Counted from the first letter of the stretch, positions 9,417-18,023 are shown. The stretch: DNA of 64,000 bases from Spirochaetia bacterium (GCA_963668315.1 OY764216.1:2272001-2336000), one strand, 5' to 3'. Notes: generated from the sequence alone by a model not told the origin. Numbers and translations: made by a program.

Positions 9417-10636
9417 GGATATATCTTCAACGTGGGAATAAGAACCCGGACAAGGGCGGTTCCGGCCGATCCATGGGCCAGAATAAGGGGCAGATAGAAA
9501 AACAGGACGGCCCCGTTGTCCTGGACGACTCCCGGCAGCAGTTTGAAGAGCAGGGAGAAAAGGGCCAGAAAAGCCTGCATATTCCAGAAGCGCTCGTAGT
9601 TACGGGGAGCGTCAGCGCTTTTCCCGCAGCGAAGGGCCGGTACGAGCGCCCCCAGCAGGACGGGACAGGTTATCAGAGCATTCAGATTCCAATGGGTGAC
9701 GTCATGGTCGGTAAAAAACATCATGAAACAGAGGAAAACACCGGGAAGGGCCGTCAGAAGAACGGAAAAGACACGCCAGAGGGCGGTAAGCTTCCCGTAT
9801 GGTATCACTCTGAAGCCAAGGGTGATAAAAAACAGGAGCATTCCCCAGAGAAAAGCGGCTCCCCACCAGGGAAACGGGATTTCCGGGATGTAGGGCGTCA
9901 AACCCTCCTGGTAGATATTTGTTTTCTTCACCAGAGGAGTTCCGTCCGGTCTGATATGGGTCTGAACCATCTTTTCCAGTTCCCGGGGGAGAAACAAAGC
10001 TTCCCACTGACCTATTTTTTTATCGACCGAAGGACCCTGGAGATAATTCAGCAGGAGATAGGGCCAGAAAGACCGGATAAAGCGGTTTGACTGGTCCCTG
10101 AAGGTCAAAGCATAGTCGCCGCAGGCATCGTGAAGCTCGCCGTTCATGGCATGGTCAAGGGTGTCCCTGATCCGGGTGGAGCAGTTGTCTTCGTAATGGT
10201 GGTAGAGATAGGTGCGGTTCTCCGGTTTTATGCCTTCCTCCAGTTCCTCGTAAACAGCCTGCTTCTCTCCGGCGGTCAGGTTCAGATCGTAGATAGCCAC
10301 TTTGCGGTTGAACCAGGTGAGATAGCGGAGGTAGGGTTCTGTCCTCGACCTCACCTTGAGATAGTAGAGACGGCCCATGGCGAAATTCCGGTAGAAATGG
10401 TCCGCCTCAAAGGAAAAATTCCCGAAATCATAGAAATAGGACCAGTTCATTTTTTTATTTTCCACAATCAGACCAATATGACCCCACCATACATAAAGAG
10501 GCATGCCCGGTCCTATGACCATAAGGGAAACGGAGAGGTCATCGCCGACTCCGAAGCTTCGGGTACCAGCCCAGAGAGGGGACAGGGAAAGGAATAATAT
10601 AAGAATAAGTAAAAGGGTCTTCTGTTTCAGGGACAT
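9401..10636 (-). CDS. DUF4105 / Lnb-like membrane protein (putative lipoprotein N-acyltransferase)
   Basis: GPGxxLYxWWGHIG, YDFGNFSF, YLYHHYEDNCSTRIRD and FLPREL motifs, followed by several C-terminal TM helices. Confidence 0.75.
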   Translation of the reverse strand: MSLKQKTLLLILILFLSLSPLWAGTRSFGVGDDLSVSLMVIGPGMPLYVWWGHIGLIVENKKMNWSYFYDFGNFSFEADHFYRNFAMGRLYYLKVRSRTEPYLRYLTWFNRKVAIYDLNLTAGEKQAVYEELEEGIKPENRTYLYHHYEDNCSTRIRDTLDHAMNGELHDACGDYALTFRDQSNRFIRSFWPYLLLNYLQGPSVDKKIGQWEALFLPRELEKMVQTHIRPDGTPLVKKTNIYQEGLTPYIPEIPFPWWGAAFLWGMLLFFITLGFRVIPYGKLTALWRVFSVLLTALPGVFLCFMMFFTDHDVTHWNLNALITCPVLLGALVPALRCGKSADAPRNYERFWNMQAFLALFSLLFKLLPGVVQDNGAVLFFYLPLILAHGSAGTALVRVLIPTLKIYPWSRK

Positions 10637-10762
10637 GTGTTCCTCTCTTGTTCGTCTGAATAAGAGAATAAAAGAACAGAGCTTCCCTGTCTATATGGAT
10701 GGGGAAAAACCGGGAAAATGAGAGTCCGGGCCTAAAAAAAACGTAAAAAAGGGTTCAAACAC

Positions 10763-10791
10763 CTCGACTTCTTAATCGAAAGTGCTATAAT
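10763..10791 (+). promoter_or_regulatory. Sigma70 promoter of the histone gene
   Basis: Extended -10 TGcTATAAT (10783-10791); -35-like CTCGAC/TCGACT; upstream A-tracts. Confidence 0.6.
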
Positions 10792-10848
10792 CTATGAAAG
10801 AACTCTCGGAAGGGACGTTCTCAACTGCAAGACAAGGAGATTAATATT

Positions 10849-11034
10849 ATGGCCGAAAAAGAAACATTGGTTATTGCATCAAAAGTAAAAAACTACATTA
10901 AGGCTACCGGCGACATGAAATGTTCAGCCAAAGTTATCGAAGTCCTTTCTGATAAAATCAGAGAAATGTGCGATGAAGCTATTGAGGCTGCTCAGAAAGC
11001 TAAAAGAAAAACTGTACAGGAGAAGGATTTCTAA
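10849..11034 (+). CDS. Bacterial histone (single histone-fold protein, Bd0055/Leptospira histone-like)
   Basis: 61 aa: LVIASKVKNYIK..GDMKCSAKVIEVLSDKIREMCDEAIEAAQKAKRKTVQEKDF; three-helix pattern ending in the RKTVxxxD histone-fold motif; AAGGAG RBS. Confidence 0.88.
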   Translation: MAEKETLVIASKVKNYIKATGDMKCSAKVIEVLSDKIREMCDEAIEAAQKAKRKTVQEKDF

Positions 11035-11053
11035 GAATCTCTTTAACTGGTAT

Positions 11054-11082
11054 AAAAAAGCTGCCCCGGGGCAGCTTTTTTT
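11054..11082. terminator. Bidirectional intrinsic terminator
   Basis: Perfect palindrome AAAAAAGCTGCCCC/GGGGCAGCTTTTTT between convergent genes. Confidence 0.85.
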
Positions 11083-11084
11083 AT

Positions 11085-11651
11085 TTAATCCCAGCCAATG
11101 TCCAGCTTGATGAGATTTACTTCGGTATCCTTGCGGATTTCCTCGGGTATATCCATATCAAGAAGCATCAGCATGGTTTCCCTGGCTTCCTCCCTGTTAT
11201 CGAATTCCCTGTGGACATAGGAGAGGGCATAGAGGGTCCGGTAGTCGTAGGGACTCATTTCCAGGGCCCGCTTCAGCATGTCATAGCCCATCTGTCTCTC
11301 TCCCTTGACGCCGAAGAGGACTCCCAGATTTCTCAGAACCGAGGGATTCTCCGGTGCCAGTTTCTGGGCTTCCCTGAAATAGCGGTAGGCCGCCGCATAA
11401 TCCTTCCGCCGGAAATAGGCACACCCAAGGGCTTCCCAGGCACGGGGATTATCCTTTATCCTGCCCGTGTAGTACTCGAGGGCTCTGATGGCTTTGATAT
11501 TTTCGCCCGTCTCCGTATAGGCAATACCTATGTTGCAGATGGCTTCTATGTCATCCGGATTCAGGGCCAGGATCTGCTCCAGAATCTCTCTCGCTTTGTC
11601 ATATTTACCCGACTGCATGTAGGTTTCGGCGTCTTTAATGGATATCATCAT
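11085..11651 (-). CDS. Tetratricopeptide repeat protein
   Basis: Tandem TPR helices (AICNIGIAY, AWEALGCAY, VLRNLGVLF). Confidence 0.85.
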   Translation of the reverse strand: MMISIKDAETYMQSGKYDKAREILEQILALNPDDIEAICNIGIAYTETGENIKAIRALEYYTGRIKDNPRAWEALGCAYFRRKDYAAAYRYFREAQKLAPENPSVLRNLGVLFGVKGERQMGYDMLKRALEMSPYDYRTLYALSYVHREFDNREEARETMLMLLDMDIPEEIRKDTEVNLIKLDIGWD

Positions 11652-11739
11652 AGTCAGATTATCGTATGGTGAGTTTTTTTTATGAAGAATAATTTGTTTT
11701 TTTTAAGGCTTGTAAGGTCAAATGTCGTATAATAGAAGT

Positions 11740-12360
11740 ATGAAGAAAAAGGTTCTGATCCTCGCTGTCTTTTCCATGTTTACCGTTATGTCCTTTTCTC
11801 TGGACACTTCCCTGACCTATTTCAACAGTCTTGTGTATGGCAATACAATTCTCTCCGGAGATGCGGCCTGGGATCATATGGATCAGATTAACATGAATAC
11901 GGGATTGGTTTTTATCCGTCCCCTGGAAGAAAAACCCCGGTACGGAAGCCGGATTCGTCTGGCCTTCGACCAGCCCCTGTGGGCCAGAATCCGTCAGCTG
12001 GACGGGGAGGATAATCTCATTCAGGCCCCCGGTGACGGTCTGAGCTACGGAATCAACCTCTTTGCCGGTCTGGAGATTCCTCTGGAAGGTGCGGGAAATC
12101 TCTTTCAATCCTCAACGGTCTATCTGGGGCCGATGCTGGGTTATCAGTCATTAAAGGATTCTTTTCTTCTTACCCTGGGAGTCGAGGGAGGCGTCGATCT
12201 CTGCTTTGACCTGGTGGGAAACTGGTCTTTCGTGTCGGGGATTTCCGCCCGCTATTATTTCGGCGGGCTGCATACGGCGGGTGATGCGACCCGTTACGAT
12301 GTCTCCGTAAAGAGAGGATGGGGCGCAGGGCTGAGTCCGGGCATCCGTTATACCTACTGA
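11740..12360 (+). CDS. Secreted protein, probable outer-membrane beta-barrel
   Basis: MKKK signal peptide; alternating beta-strand pattern; C-terminal aromatic GIRYTY. Confidence 0.6.
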   Translation: MKKKVLILAVFSMFTVMSFSLDTSLTYFNSLVYGNTILSGDAAWDHMDQINMNTGLVFIRPLEEKPRYGSRIRLAFDQPLWARIRQLDGEDNLIQAPGDGLSYGINLFAGLEIPLEGAGNLFQSSTVYLGPMLGYQSLKDSFLLTLGVEGGVDLCFDLVGNWSFVSGISARYYFGGLHTAGDATRYDVSVKRGWGAGLSPGIRYTY

Positions 12361-12788
12361 CCGGAATTCAGGGAAAAGTAGTCTTTTAATTCTTCCCACC
12401 TCTGTTCCGAAAGGGGGGTCATGATAATTTCTTCCCGGCCGATAGTGGTCACGAGCCGGCCGTTCTCTTCCTCCCAGAGGAAAGAGGCGAATTCTCCCCA
12501 GTTATCCATGAGGAACAGCCTTTTTCTTCCGTCGTAGTACCAGTTTTCCTTGACCGTTTTCTTTTCGAAGGGAATTTCTTCTCCCTTTCTCAGGTAGGCA
12601 TGGGTGGTCAGGCACAGGCCTCCCGGGTTCAGCTCTATTACCAGAAGGGCTTCCATGCTGTCCGACTCGGAAAGGGCAAGCCATTTGGTTCCTTCCCATT
12701 CCATGGCAAAGAGGGGAAAGAGGAAGGGGAAAATGATAAAAATACTAATAATAAAGACTCTTTTCACCAATAATAATGATAGACCCAA
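12354..12788 (-). CDS. Hypothetical exported protein
   Basis: Hydrophobic N-terminus followed by a lipocalin-like WEGTKW segment; start codon uncertain. Confidence 0.55.
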   Translation of the reverse strand: MGLSLLLVKRVFIISIFIIFPFLFPLFAMEWEGTKWLALSESDSMEALLVIELNPGGLCLTTHAYLRKGEEIPFEKKTVKENWYYDGRKRLFLMDNWGEFASFLWEEENGRLVTTIGREEIIMTPLSEQRWEELKDYFSLNSGQ

Positions 12789-12889
12789 ATGAAAACTAAA
12801 ACAAGTCGTTGACGGAACTTGTAAAAAACCAAGGACTATGATAAACTTTTTCGGTGTATTGTACCCGTATCCAATGGGAGATTTTGTGA

Positions 12890-13876
12890 ATGAGAAATAA
12901 GAGGGGAATTCCTTCCGATTTAGATAAAGAGAGCCGCCGTCTCTTGAGACAGGGGAGAAAGCGGTTTACCGTTATGATTGTTCCCCATTCCGAGAATAAG
13001 GGGATCAGTTTTCATATATCCCTGTTCAGCCTGATCTTTTTCTTTGTCCTCCTGGGCGGGCTTCTCTTCGGTTTTTTCTTCTTTTCCGCGAATTATACTG
13101 GGAAGAACAGAACCATGGCTCTGCAGAAAAAGAGCCTGATGGATACCGAAGCCAGCCTTGACGTGGTTCTGGGCGAAGTCAGCTCTCTGGTTAAAGCATC
13201 GGGATTTTTTGAAGACGCCCTGGATAATACTCTTAATACCATTCAGACAGACAAGGCCGATGAGGATCTTTTCCTCAATTCCGGCGGAGATCTTTCCTCC
13301 CTTCTTGATATGCAGGAGACCGACGGCAACTCCTTCAACGAGGTGGTGGAACTTCAGCGGCTCAAGGCATCCCTGGAGAGTTCCGTTACATCCCTTAAGG
13401 AGATCAGTCAGATTATGGACCGGCAGCGGTTCCTCATGGCTGACGTTCCCAATCTCTGGCCCGTGGAAGGCGGCGGCGGTCATATCTCGGCTCTTTTCGG
13501 TCCGGATACCCACCCCTTCGGCGGTTACTGGTATATTCACAAGGGTGTGGATATCGGCAGTTTTTCCGGCGCTCCCCTCGTTGCTACGGCAAATGGGGAA
13601 GTATACGAAGTCGGTTATGATAAGAACGGTTACGGATATTATGTTATACTCAGGCATAAGTACGGTTTTTATACCATGTACGGTCATATGCAGAGATATC
13701 TTGTTAAGGAAGGGCAGACGGTGACTCAGGGTGAGCGCATCGGTCTGATGGGCAGCACCGGTTTATCCACGGGGCCCCATGTGCATTATGAGATCCGTGT
13801 CGGTACCGACGTTGTTGATCCCATGTCCTATCTTAACATTATGGAGGTAAGGACGAAGACGTCCTCTGCCCGGTAA
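12890..13876 (+). CDS. Membrane-anchored M23 metallo-endopeptidase
   Basis: TM helix, coiled coil, HKGVD, YGHM and STGPHVHYE motifs. Confidence 0.92.
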   Translation: MRNKRGIPSDLDKESRRLLRQGRKRFTVMIVPHSENKGISFHISLFSLIFFFVLLGGLLFGFFFFSANYTGKNRTMALQKKSLMDTEASLDVVLGEVSSLVKASGFFEDALDNTLNTIQTDKADEDLFLNSGGDLSSLLDMQETDGNSFNEVVELQRLKASLESSVTSLKEISQIMDRQRFLMADVPNLWPVEGGGGHISALFGPDTHPFGGYWYIHKGVDIGSFSGAPLVATANGEVYEVGYDKNGYGYYVILRHKYGFYTMYGHMQRYLVKEGQTVTQGERIGLMGSTGLSTGPHVHYEIRVGTDVVDPMSYLNIMEVRTKTSSAR

Positions 13877-13885
13877 GGAAAAACT

Positions 13886-14332
13886 ATGAAAAGCAGCGAC
13901 ACTTCCTCTAAAAATTTTCTCAGTTCCATCGTAGGTGACGGCGCCCATTTTTCCGGTAACCTGGAACTGTCCGGCCTTCTGAGGCTTGACGGGGATTTCA
14001 ACGGTATAATAAAAAACAACGACCGTATCCTGATAGGGAAAAACGGCCGGGTTCAGGGAACGGCCTATGCCGATACCATAATTATCGGCGGTGTTTTCAA
14101 AGGTGAGATCTACGCGTCCGAAAAGGTCGTTATCCTCTCTTCTGGCATTGTCCTGGGCCATATTTACTCCTCCCGCATTGTAATCGAAGAGGGCGCTTTC
14201 TGGGACGGTAAGAGCATCGTCACCCTTCAGGAAAGGGAAATCAAAAAGGACAGTATCCTCCGGGGTACGTTCAAGCTGGACTGGAATAAGGTCGGCCAGT
14301 CCGTCCCGTCCTATACGGGCGGTTTCCGCTAG
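13886..14332 (+). CDS. Bactofilin (polymer-forming cytoskeletal protein)
   Basis: SIVGDGAHFSGNL...LRLDGDFNG...IEEGAFWDG beta-helix pattern. Confidence 0.9.
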   Translation: MKSSDTSSKNFLSSIVGDGAHFSGNLELSGLLRLDGDFNGIIKNNDRILIGKNGRVQGTAYADTIIIGGVFKGEIYASEKVVILSSGIVLGHIYSSRIVIEEGAFWDGKSIVTLQEREIKKDSILRGTFKLDWNKVGQSVPSYTGGFR

Positions 14333-14842
14333 ATGGCTAAAATCGGTCAGCTCGGCATAGGAAGTTATGTACCCGCCCAGCTGAAAGGGGAGAAGGAAAA
14401 GGATAAAAAAACATCCCGGACCGCTTCCTCCCGCTTCTCCGCTTATATTGATTCCGCAGAGCCGGGAGCGGAGAAGCAGATGATAGCTTCCGCCGAACTG
14501 GGGGCTCTTGAAAATCCCCGGATTCTTGAAGAGCTGATAGATAAGCTTTTTGAGAGCGGAGAAAACCTTAAGCGTTCACCCGTAGAAGAGAACCTGGATG
14601 AGTACAAGAAGAACATCAGGGTTCTGGTGAATTTTATTTCCAATAAGAGCTATAATGTGGTAAGGGAAAAGGGGGTTATGAATCCCCGTACCTTCAAGCA
14701 GAAAGAATTCGTGAATATCGAACTGATAGATAAAAAACTGGATAGTCTGGCCGTCTATATCCTTTCCCGGCAGAAAAATCAGATGGAAATTCTGAGACGG
14801 GTTGATGAGATTAACGGATTGGTCATAAATGTTGTCCGGTAA
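14333..14842 (+). CDS. YaaR / DUF327 family protein
   Basis: GENLKRSP..ENLDEYKKNIR...IDKKLDSLA...DEINGLVIN. Confidence 0.8.
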   Translation: MAKIGQLGIGSYVPAQLKGEKEKDKKTSRTASSRFSAYIDSAEPGAEKQMIASAELGALENPRILEELIDKLFESGENLKRSPVEENLDEYKKNIRVLVNFISNKSYNVVREKGVMNPRTFKQKEFVNIELIDKKLDSLAVYILSRQKNQMEILRRVDEINGLVINVVR

Positions 14843-14856
14843 TTAAGGGGTCTTTC

Positions 14857-15780
14857 GTGTCGGAAAGAAGAAAAAAAAGAAAAAATCCCGGTACGGCCGG
14901 TAAAAATACGGGGGCGGGAACCGCCATTTCAAGGGAAAAGCTGGAAGGTCATGTTTTCAGGGCGAAATTCCTCTATTCCTGTGAGATGGAATACTGTGTT
15001 CTGCCCGAAGACTATGAGGCGGGGGCGGGTGATTATGTCATTATGCATACCCGTTACGGTAAGGACCTTGTGCAGCTTCTGGGCAAGGTGGAGGATTTCG
15101 TCTCCCTGTCGATCGATTCTCTCCGCAAAGTAGAGCGGATCGCCACTCCCGAAGATATGGAAAAGAGGGCCGATTATGAGGAGCGGGAGAGGGAAGCCTT
15201 TGACATATGCAAGGAAAAAATTTCCAAGCACGGTCTGGACATGAAGCTGGTGGCCGCCCACTACCTTCTTGAAGAGTCGAAGGTGATGTTTTTCTTCACC
15301 GCCGACAACCGCATCGATTTCCGGGAACTGGTAAAGGACCTGGTATCCGTATTCAGGATGAGAATAGAGCTGCGCCAGATCGGGGTAAGAGATGAAGCCC
15401 GTTTCCTCGGGGGAATGGCCGTCTGCGGACGCAGCTTCTGCTGCCACGGCGTTATGGATTATCTGAAACCCGTTTCCATTAAAATGGCCAAGGAGCAGAA
15501 TCTCTCCCTCAACTCCCTGAAAATATCCGGACCCTGCGGAAGGCTGCTCTGCTGCCTCTCCTATGAGTATGATTATTATGAAGAGGAGAAAAAGAAATTC
15601 CCTCCCGAAGGCTATCGATTCAAGGTAAAGGATCTGAATCTGAAAATTACGGATGTGAATATTTTCTCCCGAAGAGTCTCGCTGTCCGGATCGGAAGGAT
15701 TGAGGCTCGATCTTGACCCGAATGATTTTAAAAAGCGGGAAGACGGGCGGTGGATAATAACTAAAAAGCTTGAAATTTGA
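14857..15780 (+). CDS. ricT: PSP1-domain RicT/YaaT family protein
   Basis: RIDFRELVKDL, RIELRQIGVRDEA, CGRSFCC and KISGPCGRLLCCL motifs. Confidence 0.88.
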   Translation: MSERRKKRKNPGTAGKNTGAGTAISREKLEGHVFRAKFLYSCEMEYCVLPEDYEAGAGDYVIMHTRYGKDLVQLLGKVEDFVSLSIDSLRKVERIATPEDMEKRADYEEREREAFDICKEKISKHGLDMKLVAAHYLLEESKVMFFFTADNRIDFRELVKDLVSVFRMRIELRQIGVRDEARFLGGMAVCGRSFCCHGVMDYLKPVSIKMAKEQNLSLNSLKISGPCGRLLCCLSYEYDYYEEEKKKFPPEGYRFKVKDLNLKITDVNIFSRRVSLSGSEGLRLDLDPNDFKKREDGRWIITKKLEI

Positions 15781-15800
15781 TAAGTGAGCATAATTACTTG

Positions 15801-15829
15801 TTGACAGTATAATTGTTCTTTGTTATATT
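15801..15829 (+). promoter_or_regulatory. Near-consensus sigma70 promoter for the small ORF-rpsT-HU operon
   Basis: TTGACA, 17-nt spacer ending in TGT (extended -10), then TATATT. Confidence 0.7.
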
Positions 15830-15919
15830 CATTCTGCTATTCAAAAAGTTTATTAAACAGGGACTGCGGTAACATAATTACTGCAGCCTGATGATTGTAT
15901 TTTATGATGAGGTATAAAT

Positions 15920-16090
15920 ATGGCTGGAGTAAGTAAGAATGCCCGTATCGGATCGGGGACCCATAAATTTCTCTGCCCCTGCGGAGGAGAAATCAAGATG
16001 AAGTCGGTTTTTGCCAAGGGCAGAATGAAGCATCACGCTGAATGTGAAAAATGTAAAAGGACTGAGCGGCGTCCCAGCGATTTTAAATAA
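15920..16090 (+). CDS. Small basic zinc-ribbon protein, 56 aa (below the ORF-track cutoff)
   Basis: GAGGT RBS; MAGVSKNARIGSGTHKFLCPCGGEIKMKSVFAKGRMKHHAECEKCKRTERRPSDFK; CxC and CxxC pairs. Confidence 0.75.
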   Translation: MAGVSKNARIGSGTHKFLCPCGGEIKMKSVFAKGRMKHHAECEKCKRTERRPSDFK

Positions 16091-16117
16091 AATCGACGCT
16101 GCCGGGGAGGATAAAAA

Positions 16118-16381
16118 TTGCCTAATAATAAGAGTACTGAAAAAAGACTTAGACAGAGCCTTAAGAAAAGAGCTCATAACAGAGCCATCAAGAGCAGAGT
16201 AAGAACCAGCGTAAAGATTTTTGAATCTGCCGTTGCCAACCACGATAAAGCACAGGCCGAATCGTGCTTCAAGGAATTCGTAAAACTGGCTGATACAGCC
16301 GCAGGCAAAGGTGTATACCATAAGAATACTATTGCCAGAAAGAAGTCCAGGCTTAACAACGTATTGGCAGGTATGAATTAA
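16118..16381 (+). CDS. rpsT: 30S ribosomal protein S20
   Basis: NNKSTEKRLRQS...KGVYHKNTIARKKSRL; TTG start after GGAGG. Confidence 0.97.
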   Translation: MPNNKSTEKRLRQSLKKRAHNRAIKSRVRTSVKIFESAVANHDKAQAESCFKEFVKLADTAAGKGVYHKNTIARKKSRLNNVLAGMN

Positions 16382-16405
16382 TCTTATAAAGAGAGTGGTT
16401 TTGTT

Positions 16406-16708
16406 ATGGCTAGCAAAAAAATGACCAAAGCGGAGATTATCGAAAATATCTTTGAGGATACCAATATATCCAGAAAAGATATTCATGAGATAATCGACAA
16501 TTTCTTTTCCGAAGTTAAAACCGCTTTAACCGATGATCGTATCGTGGAGTTGAGAGGCTTTGGCACATTTGAGATTCGGACAAGAAAGGGCAGGGAAAAG
16601 GCGAGAAATCCTAAAACGGGTGAAATCGTTCCTGTCAATACCCATGGTGTCACTGTCTTCCGTCCCGGTAAGGAACTGAAGCAGATGGCCTGGGATCTCA
16701 GAAATTAA
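16406..16708 (+). CDS. HU/IHF family DNA-binding protein (Hbb-like)
   Basis: VELRGFGTFEIRTRKGR..ARNPKTGE...FRPGKELK. Confidence 0.95.
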   Translation: MASKKMTKAEIIENIFEDTNISRKDIHEIIDNFFSEVKTALTDDRIVELRGFGTFEIRTRKGREKARNPKTGEIVPVNTHGVTVFRPGKELKQMAWDLRN

Positions 16709-16713
16709 TTACG

Positions 16714-16745
16714 AACCCGGTCTGCATAGAAGATCGGGTTTTTTT
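16714..16745 (+). terminator. Intrinsic terminator
   Basis: AACCCGGTCT-loop-AGATCGGGTT followed by a T run. Confidence 0.75.
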
Positions 16746-16911
16746 GTTGAAATCGCCCCTGGGGCAGCACGAATCCGCCTTTTGCGGGCGGGTCCATTTT
16801 ATACATTACGGCCTTCTACCGTTTTGTTGATTAATCAAAAAGTGTATCGAGCCGGTAATAATCATTCATGGTAAAATTCCGGTTACATATTGATCTGAGG
16901 GAGGACCTTTC

Positions 16912-17133
16912 ATGGTTTCCGAAGAAAAGAAAAGGGTTTTAGCTCTGTTTTCCGAAGGGCGGGAGCTTTATAAAAAGCAGGAATTCGCTAAAGCAAAAAT
17001 GAAATTTGCCGAGGCGCTTAAGCTTGATTCAGAGGACGGGCCTTCCCAGGTATACTATATGAGATGCGATCATTATATGAAAAATCCGCCCCCTCCCGGT
17101 TGGGATGGTGTATTTGTTATGCATACAAAATAG
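16912..17133 (+). CDS. Small single-TPR protein resembling the C-terminal tail of class III nucleotide cyclases
   Basis: GGAGG RBS; FSEGRELY...AKMKFAEALKLDSEDGPSQVYYMRC...PPPPGWDGVFVMHTK. Confidence 0.75.
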   Translation: MVSEEKKRVLALFSEGRELYKKQEFAKAKMKFAEALKLDSEDGPSQVYYMRCDHYMKNPPPPGWDGVFVMHTK

Positions 17134-17152
17134 GGAATAGTAGAGGATTACA

Positions 17153-17551
17153 TTGGCAAAGGCAAAGATAACAACGGAATTCGGACTGGGAGAGGATACC
17201 TTTTTTAAAGGTGTCATGCGGTTTGACAATTCACTGCGGATATCGGGGAAATTTGAGGGTTCCATTGAGTCAGATGGTTTTCTTTATATCGAGAAGGGAG
17301 CGGAAATCTCGGCTGATATAAATGTAAATTCCGTTATTGTAGGCGGTACGATCCACGGTGATATACGCGCCAAGGATAACCTTGTCATGCTCGAAACGGG
17401 AAAAGTTTTCGGGAATATTGAAACGGGCTGTTTAAAGGCGAATGACGGTTTTGAATTCAAGGGTAAATGCGAAATGATAAACGACCGGATACCGGCGGAT
17501 ATTTTTTCCATCACGGCAACCCAGCTGCGGAAAAGTCTGAATGAGAGCTGA
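17153..17551 (+). CDS. Bactofilin
   Basis: LGEDTFFKGVM...LRISGKFEGSI...VIVGGTIHGDI. Confidence 0.88.
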   Translation: MAKAKITTEFGLGEDTFFKGVMRFDNSLRISGKFEGSIESDGFLYIEKGAEISADINVNSVIVGGTIHGDIRAKDNLVMLETGKVFGNIETGCLKANDGFEFKGKCEMINDRIPADIFSITATQLRKSLNES

Positions 17552-18023
17552 TTCTCTAGGAACCGTTGCCCAAGTAACGATTTCCGGTTTACTTGGCAAG
17601 GGAAAAACTCTAGCCGTGGCTGAATCCTGTACGGGAGGATTAATCGGAAAAACGTTGACCGATATATCCGGCAGTTCGGCCGTCTTCTACGGCGGTTTTA
17701 TCCTGTATAGTAATGAAGCTAAACAGAACTTGGCGGGAGTTTCCCGGGAAACTCTCGAAAAATATGGAGCTGTTTCGGCAGAAACAGTTCAAGAGATGGC
17801 TGAGGGAACGAGAGCGCGGTGCCGAACCGACTACGCCCTGTCTGTCTCCGGAATTGCCGGTCCGGGAGGTGCTACTCCCGGTAAGCCGGTAGGTACTGTC
17901 TGGGTGGGACTTGCCCGCCCGGAAGGTACCGATGCTTTTCTTTTTCATTTTTCCGGTGATCGGGATAATGTTCGGTCAGAGACGGTGAGAGAAGCATTAA
18001 GTCTTTTAAATCGAATACTTTAG
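17541..18023 (+). CDS. pncC: CinA C-terminal domain / NMN deamidase
   Basis: AVAESCTGG, GSS, YSNEAK, YGAVS and SGIAGPGG...KPVGTVW motifs. Confidence 0.9.
   Translation: MRADSLGTVAQVTISGLLGKGKTLAVAESCTGGLIGKTLTDISGSSAVFYGGFILYSNEAKQNLAGVSRETLEKYGAVSAETVQEMAEGTRARCRTDYALSVSGIAGPGGATPGKPVGTVWVGLARPEGTDAFLFHFSGDRDNVRSETVREALSLLNRIL

Noticed and set aside
15781..16117. tmRNA, SRP RNA or fluoride riboswitch in the ricT-rpsT gap
   Set aside because: No tRNA-like ends, SRP loop or full fluoride consensus; the gap is explained by a promoter, a hairpin and a 56-aa ORF.
15902..16486. 194-aa minus-strand ORF
   Set aside because: Antisense to rpsT, HU and the small zinc-ribbon ORF; no coding features.
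16746..16905. Possible ncRNA (6S-like) after the HU terminator
   Set aside because: Only short GC hairpins; no long rod structure or recognisable motif.
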